The translations under genes and the position numbers were made by a program. The notes beneath the pieces were generated by a model that ran no database searches, was not told the origin of the DNA, and saw only the letters and a list, made by a program, of their open reading frames with translations. A stretch of DNA of 11,168 nt from positions 1 to 11,168 of the forward strand of contig JANPJS010000048.1 in assembly GCA_031425655.1 (NCBI GenBank), written 5' to 3'. Positions 7,152-11,168 of the stretch are shown here, in pieces. Each line of letters opens with the position of its first letter. Position 1 is the stretch's first letter. This DNA is from Abditibacteriaceae bacterium (GTDB taxonomy: Bacteria > Armatimonadota > Abditibacteriia > Abditibacteriales > Abditibacteriaceae).

Positions 7152-7229
7152 GGGATGAAGGCGGAGGGATGAAATTTCCGCTCCGCGCAGCGAAATGACT
7201 TCATCCTTCATCCCTCCGCCTTCATCCCT
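7144..7229. repeat. Heptamer (A[A/G]GGATG) tandem-repeat palindrome, copy 2
   Basis: AGGGATG-AGGGATG-AAGGCGG-AGGGATG-AA (7144-7173) and TT-CATCCTT-CATCCCT-CCGCCTT-CATCCCT (7200-7229). 7151-7173 pairs perfectly with 7207-7229 (23 bp). Contains the tkt stop and the next gene's start. Confidence 0.93.
7148..7198 (+). other. Putative translational-relay mini-ORF (16 aa, MRDEGGGMKFPLRAAK*)
   Basis: ATG 7148-7150 overlaps the tkt TGA (7149-7151). Its TGA 7196-7198 overlaps the downstream ATG 7195-7197. Translation is not demonstrated. Confidence 0.45.
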
Positions 7230-7707
7230 TGCTCCGTCGCCGTGGCTTCTCACCGGCAGCGCCGCGCTGTTGCTGTCGGCGCGCGGCGCGATCATGTTGG
7301 TGCATTACGAATCGTCGCCGGTTGGGCCTTACGATGAGTGGGCGTGCTGCGTGATGACGATGCGCGGGCCGCGCGTAGTGGAAATGCTGGTCACATCGGC
7401 GGATTCGGTGCGCGCCGGACGCGAAAACTGGGGCTTTCCCAAGCAATTGGCGCCTTTAAAGTGGCAGCGGCGCGGCGCGCGAGTGAGTTTCGAGTCGCCG
7501 TCCGCGATTTATCGCTTAGGCGCGTGCGGGCCACGTTTTCCAGTGCGCGTGAAATTTTTCTGTGTGCAAACATTGGACGGCGAGGACGTGCGCGTGCCGT
7601 TTGAACTCGAAGGCGCGGCACGATTGGCGTGGCGCGGGCGTCAAATCGCCGTAGTTATCGAAGATTTTGCGATGAAAGTGAGTGCGCCACAGGCGTTATG
7701 CGGGTGA
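7195..7707 (+). CDS. Acetoacetate decarboxylase family (ADC-like) protein
   Basis: APSPWLLTG, LVHYESSPVGPYDE, SVRAGRENWGFPKQLA (GRE.WG.PK motif with the Schiff-base Lys position). The first ~12 residues derive from the repeat. Confidence 0.8.
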   Translation: MTSSFIPPPSSLAPSPWLLTGSAALLLSARGAIMLVHYESSPVGPYDEWACCVMTMRGPRVVEMLVTSADSVRAGRENWGFPKQLAPLKWQRRGARVSFESPSAIYRLGACGPRFPVRVKFFCVQTLDGEDVRVPFELEGAARLAWRGRQIAVVIEDFAMKVSAPQALCG

Positions 7708-8498
7708 CTTTTCTTGGCACTGGAACCAGTTACGGCGTGCCGTTTGTCGGCTGCGATTGCGAAGTTTGCCGCTCGACAGACCCGCTCAACAAGCGTTTGC
7801 GCTGCTCGATTCTCGTGGCCGGCGATTGCCTCGAACCCGTGGAAAACGGCGAGCGCACTTTGATTTTAGTGGACACCACGCCCGATTTGCGCCAACAGCT
7901 TTTGCGTCAGCACGTTCATTACATTTCGGGCGTTTTGTGGACGCACGATCACAACGATCACATCATCGGCGTGGACGATATGCGCCCTCTCACCGACCGG
8001 CAGGGCTATATTCACGGCTGGGCCAATCAGGACACGCTGGATCGTTTGAAAAAAGTGTTCGATTATGCGTTTATTCAAGACCGCGAACGCGGCGGCTTTC
8101 CCCGCTTGACCGATCATTTGGCGCAGCCGTTCACGCCGATGGAAATGGGCGACGTGAAAATCACGCCGATTCCCATCATGCACGGACAGCGCGAAATCTT
8201 CGCGTATCGCTTCGATTGCAGCGGGCGTTCGCTGGTTTACGCCACCGATTGCTCGCGCATCCCCGACGCCTCGCAGGAAGCGATGAGCGGCGTTGACGTG
8301 CTGGTTTTGGATGCTCTGCATCAGAAACCGCATCCCACGCATTTCAACATCGAACAAGCCTGCGATGCCGTCGCGCACTTGAAGCCGGGCCGCGCTTTTC
8401 TCACGCACACCACGCATAACGTGGATTATTCCATCGTCAACTCCGACTTGCCGCCCGGCATCGAGTTGGCCTATGACGGGCTGAGCTTTGAAGTGTGA
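7698..8498 (+). CDS. MBL-fold metallo-hydrolase, PhnP-like phosphodiesterase (266 aa)
   Basis: MRVTFLGTGTSYGVPFVGCDCEVC (structural Zn site), THDHNDH (HxHxDH), MHG, YATDC, HPTHFN, LTH..H, LAYDGL. ATG 7698 overlaps the end of the upstream gene. Confidence 0.9.
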   Translation: MRVTFLGTGTSYGVPFVGCDCEVCRSTDPLNKRLRCSILVAGDCLEPVENGERTLILVDTTPDLRQQLLRQHVHYISGVLWTHDHNDHIIGVDDMRPLTDRQGYIHGWANQDTLDRLKKVFDYAFIQDRERGGFPRLTDHLAQPFTPMEMGDVKITPIPIMHGQREIFAYRFDCSGRSLVYATDCSRIPDASQEAMSGVDVLVLDALHQKPHPTHFNIEQACDAVAHLKPGRAFLTHTTHNVDYSIVNSDLPPGIELAYDGLSFEV

Positions 8499-8499
8499 G

Positions 8500-8625
8500 G
8501 CTGGATGCTGGGTTCTGGATGCTGGGTTCTGGATGCTGGATTCTGGATAGGCGACGCTTCTTATCGAGCATCGAGCATCGAGCATCGAGCATCGAGCATC
8601 AAGCATCAAGCATCAAGCATCGAGA
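8500..8625. repeat. Heptamer tandem-repeat imperfect palindrome: 7 x CTGGATG-like and 9 x ATC[G/A]AGC
   Basis: 8501-8549 CTGGATG/CTGGGTT/CTGGATG/CTGGGTT/CTGGATG/CTGGATT/CTGGATA. 8563-8625 ATCGAGC x5, ATCAAGC x3, ATCGAGA. The reverse complement of ATCGAGC is GCTCGAT, against left-arm GCTGGAT. Confidence 0.93.
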
Positions 8626-8629
8626 ACCC

Positions 8630-9388
8630 ATGAATTGCGAAACGGTTCTTATCACTGGAGGCGCCCGGCGCGTGGGGCGCGCGATTGCTCTGGCTTGCGC
8701 GCGGGCCGGGGCCAATGTTGCCATTACTTATCGCACTTCGGCTAACGAAGCGTGGGAGCTTATCGGCGAGTTGAACAATATCGGCAGCAAAACACAGCGA
8801 TTCGCCGCGTTTCAGGCCGATGTCAGCGTTGCCGCCGAGGTCGAAAAGTTGGCTGAAAGCGTATTGCAATCGTTCGATAGCGTCACGGCTTTAGTCAACA
8901 ACGCGGCGATTTTTCGGCGCACGCCGTTCGATACGCTTAGTGAAGCCGATTTCGACGATCACATCGCGGCTAACCTGAAAGGGCCATATTTGATGAGCAA
9001 AAAATTCGGCGACATATTTTTAGCGCAGGGACGCGGCAATATCCTCAATATCGCCGATATTTACGGCTTGCGACCGCTGAAAAATTATGTGCCTTACTGC
9101 GTTTCCAAAGCCGGCGTGGTCATGCTGACCGAAGCGATGGCCAAAGCGTTGGCGCCCACGGTGCGCGTCAATTGCATTTGCCCCGGCACGATTTTGCTGC
9201 CTTCGGAAGCGCAGGGCGAAGACGATGGCGAAAGCGCCGATGACGAAGCCGCGCTGCTGTCGCGCATTCCGATGCAGCGTTTGGGCACGCCCGAAGAAAT
9301 CGCCGAAGCCGCCTTGTTTTTGCTGAACGGGCCGCAATTCATCACGGGCGCGATATTGCCGGTAGACGGCGCGCAACGCTTGAAATGA
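8630..9388 (+). CDS. SDR family oxidoreductase, pteridine reductase (FolM/PTR1)-like, 252 aa
   Basis: ITGGARRVG (Arg-containing Gly motif typical of pteridine reductases), VNNAAIF, NIAD, YCVSKAG (YxxxK), PGTIL, ITGAILPVDG. Homology starts at ATG 8630; the frame is open upstream to GTG 8495. Confidence 0.88.
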   Translation: MNCETVLITGGARRVGRAIALACARAGANVAITYRTSANEAWELIGELNNIGSKTQRFAAFQADVSVAAEVEKLAESVLQSFDSVTALVNNAAIFRRTPFDTLSEADFDDHIAANLKGPYLMSKKFGDIFLAQGRGNILNIADIYGLRPLKNYVPYCVSKAGVVMLTEAMAKALAPTVRVNCICPGTILLPSEAQGEDDGESADDEAALLSRIPMQRLGTPEEIAEAALFLLNGPQFITGAILPVDGAQRLK

Positions 9389-9454
9389 AGTCACCGATGG
9401 GCTTGCACGGAGTAAATTGCCGGACGTGGCGCGAATTTTGATAGAAGCCTGTGC

Positions 9455-9493
9455 GCCGCGAACATCCCGGCCCGCCGCCGCGATGTTCGCGGC
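9455..9493. repeat. GC-rich REP-like hairpin
   Basis: GCCGCGAACATC (9455-9466) / GATGTTCGCGGC (9482-9493), perfect 12 bp, plus an inner CGGC/GCCG stem after one C-C mismatch. No U-tract. Confidence 0.7.
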
Positions 9494-9564
9494 ACGAACG
9501 CTATCTCAAAAGGCCTACCAAAACACGGTAGAAGCTTGATGACAACGCAGGGCGAAGGCTTATA

Positions 9565-10509
9565 ATGACACTCGTTTTGGTCGCGGAAGACGATCCCGAA
9601 ATCAACAACCTCATGGCGATCACGCTGCGCTTAGAGCAATATGATGTGATACAGGCGCACGACGGCAAGCAGGCTCTGCACCTCATTGAGCAGCAGACAC
9701 CCGATTTGCTGCTGTTGGATGTGCTGATGCCGGGCCTGAACGGCTACGATGTCGCGCGCGAACTGCAAAAGAAGTCGTCCACGGCGCATTTGCCGGTCAT
9801 TTTCGTGACCGCCAAGCAAGACATGGAAGACCGCGTGCAGGGCTTGGAAATGGCCGTAGATTACATTTGCAAGCCGTTCGCGGTGCCCGAACTTTTGGCG
9901 CGCGTGCGCACGGCGGTGCGCGTTCGCAAATTGCAGGAACAACTCGAACGCTTAGCTCTCACCGATGAACTGACGAAACTGACAAACCGGCGCGGTTTCA
10001 TGGCCGAGTTCGAGGACGAATTGTGGCGCGCACGCCGCTTCGGACATCCTTTGGCGGTGCTGATTTTCGATCTCGACCACTTCAAGCGCGTAAACGACAC
10101 CTGGGGGCATCCGCAGGGCGACGAAGTCTTAAAAGCGTTCGCGCGTGTGCTGGAACACTCGTCGCGGCGCATTGACAAAGTGGCGCGCTTTGGCGGCGAA
10201 GAGTTCGCAGCGGTGCTGCCCGAAACCGATACCGCCGGCGCGCAGATTTTCGCTGAAAAAGTGTGCGAAGCCACGCGCTCTTTGGAAATTTTTGCCGGGG
10301 AGCAGCGCGTTCCCTTAACGGTTTCGGTGGGCGGCGTGGCCATGAATGTTGCGCGTTCGGAAGACGAAAATCGGGAAGGCAGTGACGGCAACATCGGCGT
10401 GCTGGCCAATCACCTGCTTTCCGAAGCCGACCATTGCCTTTATGATGCCAAGGAAGCAGGCCGCGACCGCGCTGTTGTGCACGTTTTTCAAAACGCCGAA
10501 GCCGGCTGA
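9565..10509 (+). CDS. Response-regulator diguanylate cyclase (REC + GGDEF, WspR/PleD-like)
   Basis: REC domain: VLVAEDD, LLLDVLMPG, FVTA, DYICKPF. GGDEF domain: TDELTKLTNRR, DLDHFKRVND.WGH..GD, I-site RRID 5 residues before the GGEEF active site, LYDAKEAGRDR. Confidence 0.95.
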   Translation: MTLVLVAEDDPEINNLMAITLRLEQYDVIQAHDGKQALHLIEQQTPDLLLLDVLMPGLNGYDVARELQKKSSTAHLPVIFVTAKQDMEDRVQGLEMAVDYICKPFAVPELLARVRTAVRVRKLQEQLERLALTDELTKLTNRRGFMAEFEDELWRARRFGHPLAVLIFDLDHFKRVNDTWGHPQGDEVLKAFARVLEHSSRRIDKVARFGGEEFAAVLPETDTAGAQIFAEKVCEATRSLEIFAGEQRVPLTVSVGGVAMNVARSEDENREGSDGNIGVLANHLLSEADHCLYDAKEAGRDRAVVHVFQNAEAG

Positions 10510-10521
10510 AATCAGTGAAAC

Positions 10522-10557
10522 CAAACGCCGCCGTGCTTTGAAGCACGGCGGCGTTTG
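10522..10557. terminator. Perfect hairpin between convergent genes; probable bidirectional terminator
   Basis: CAAACGCCGCCGTGCT-TTGA-AGCACGGCGGCGTTTG: 16-bp perfect stem with short T runs on both strands, 12 nt after the DGC stop. Confidence 0.7.
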
Positions 10558-10972
10558 ACGATTTTGTTTCTGTAAGGCATCGCGGATTTCCGTCAGCAGC
10601 TTTTCCTGCGTGGAGAGTTCGGGTTCAGGCGGCGCAGGCTCCTCGCGGCGGAAGCGATTGACCTGCTTTACGATCAAAAAGATGGCGAACGCCACGATCA
10701 CAAAGCTGATAATCTGATTCACGAAGTTGCCGTAAGCGATGACCGGCACGCCGACTTTTTTGGCTTCGACCAACGACGCGACCGGTGTGCCGGGCAATTG
10801 CAAAAACAGACTGGGAAAAATCCACTTTTCCCAGCACCAATCCGAGCGGCGGCATGAGAATGTCTTCGACCAGCGAGGTCACGATCTTGCCGAACGCGGC
10901 GCCGATAATGACGCCGATAGCCAAATCCAGCACGTTGCCCTTCATTGCGAATTCTTTGAATTCTTTAACCAC
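10558..10972 (-). pseudogene. mscL: Large-conductance mechanosensitive channel MscL, frameshifted (+1 base at ~10813-10820) and lacking a stop at the expected C-terminus
   Basis: First frame: [47 protein letters not shown]. Second frame: [58 protein letters not shown] (10980-10984) before GTG 10972. The low coordinate is approximate. Could be a sequencing error. Confidence 0.85.
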
Positions 10973-10989
10973 GAATATGCCTCCACGAA

Positions 10990-10995
10990 ATTATA
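10990..10995 (-). promoter_or_regulatory. Candidate sigma70 -10 box for mscL
   Basis: Perfect TATAAT on the minus strand just upstream of the GGAGG SD; only a weak -35 (TTAGAA at 16 nt). Confidence 0.4.
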
Positions 10996-11066
10996 GCGGT
11001 TGCGATTAGCGTTCTAAGCGGGGCTGACGCCCAATGGCATTAAGTTAAGCAATTGCGAAACGTAGC

Positions 11067-11155
11067 TTCCCTCCCTCCGGGAGGGATTGAGGGAGGGCAA
11101 GACGGCGGCTTTGCCGCCGTCAACCCCCACCTAACCTCCCCCAAAGGGGGAGGAA
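11067..11155. repeat. Triple-hairpin palindromic element (CCTCCCCC-loop-GGGGGAGG type arms in inverted orientation around a central hairpin)
   Basis: TCCCTCCC-TCC-GGGAGGGA (11068-11086) + TTGAGGGAGGG; central GACGGCGGC-TTT-GCCGCCGTC (11101-11121); CCCCCACCTAA + CCTCCCCC-AAA-GGGGGAGG (11135-11153). Confidence 0.85.
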
Positions 11156-11168
11156 TTATGCTTCGGAA

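Noticed and set aside
7866..8609. 247-aa minus-strand ORF starting MMLDARCSMLDARCS
   Set aside because: The N-terminus is just the translated heptamer repeat, and the rest is antisense to the MBL gene.
8500..8625. Tandem arrays (also 1516-1618, 4106-4206, 7144-7229) as CRISPR arrays
   Set aside because: Units are 7-12 nt and contiguous, with no unique 25-45 nt spacers and no cas genes.
9539..9566. ATGACA-N16-TATAAT as the DGC promoter
   Set aside because: TATAAT (9561-9566) overlaps the ATG at 9565, so transcription would start inside the first beta-strand of the receiver domain; probably coincidental.
1..11168. Autonomous mobile element, prophage or defence system
   Set aside because: No transposase, integrase, reverse transcriptase, nuclease or phage gene is recognisable. 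The MazG-like gene has no toxin-antitoxin or defence neighbours.

Overview
GC-rich bacterial window of housekeeping and metabolic genes. A leftward (minus-strand) run reads rbsK, degenerate MazG-like gene, hslV, secreted tandem DUF4352-like protein, small membrane protein, hslU. It diverges from a rightward run of transketolase, acetoacetate-decarboxylase-like gene, PhnP-like metallo-beta-lactamase, pteridine-reductase-like SDR, and REC-GGDEF diguanylate cyclase. A frameshifted mscL converges on the last gene. No transposase, integrase, tRNA/rRNA or CRISPR array is visible. The striking feature is non-coding: most gene junctions carry a palindromic element, drawn from about five or six different families (REP-like doublet x2, 9-nt-periodic TTAAAC-capped inverted repeats x2, AAGGATG heptamer palindromes x2, a CTGGATG/ATCGAGC heptamer palindrome, a GC hairpin, a triple-hairpin element). 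At several junctions the element fills the space where the downstream ribosome-binding site should be, and ribosomes could read straight through it. Chains of ATGA/GTGA stop-start overlaps and mini-ORFs link the upstream stop codon to the downstream start (rbsK to mazG-like, tkt to adc-like, MBL to SDR), and the mazG-like ORF itself runs through a hairpin to end 3 nt before hslV. This suggests repeat elements that keep operons translationally coupled when they insert. The overlaps are seen in the sequence; the function is inference.
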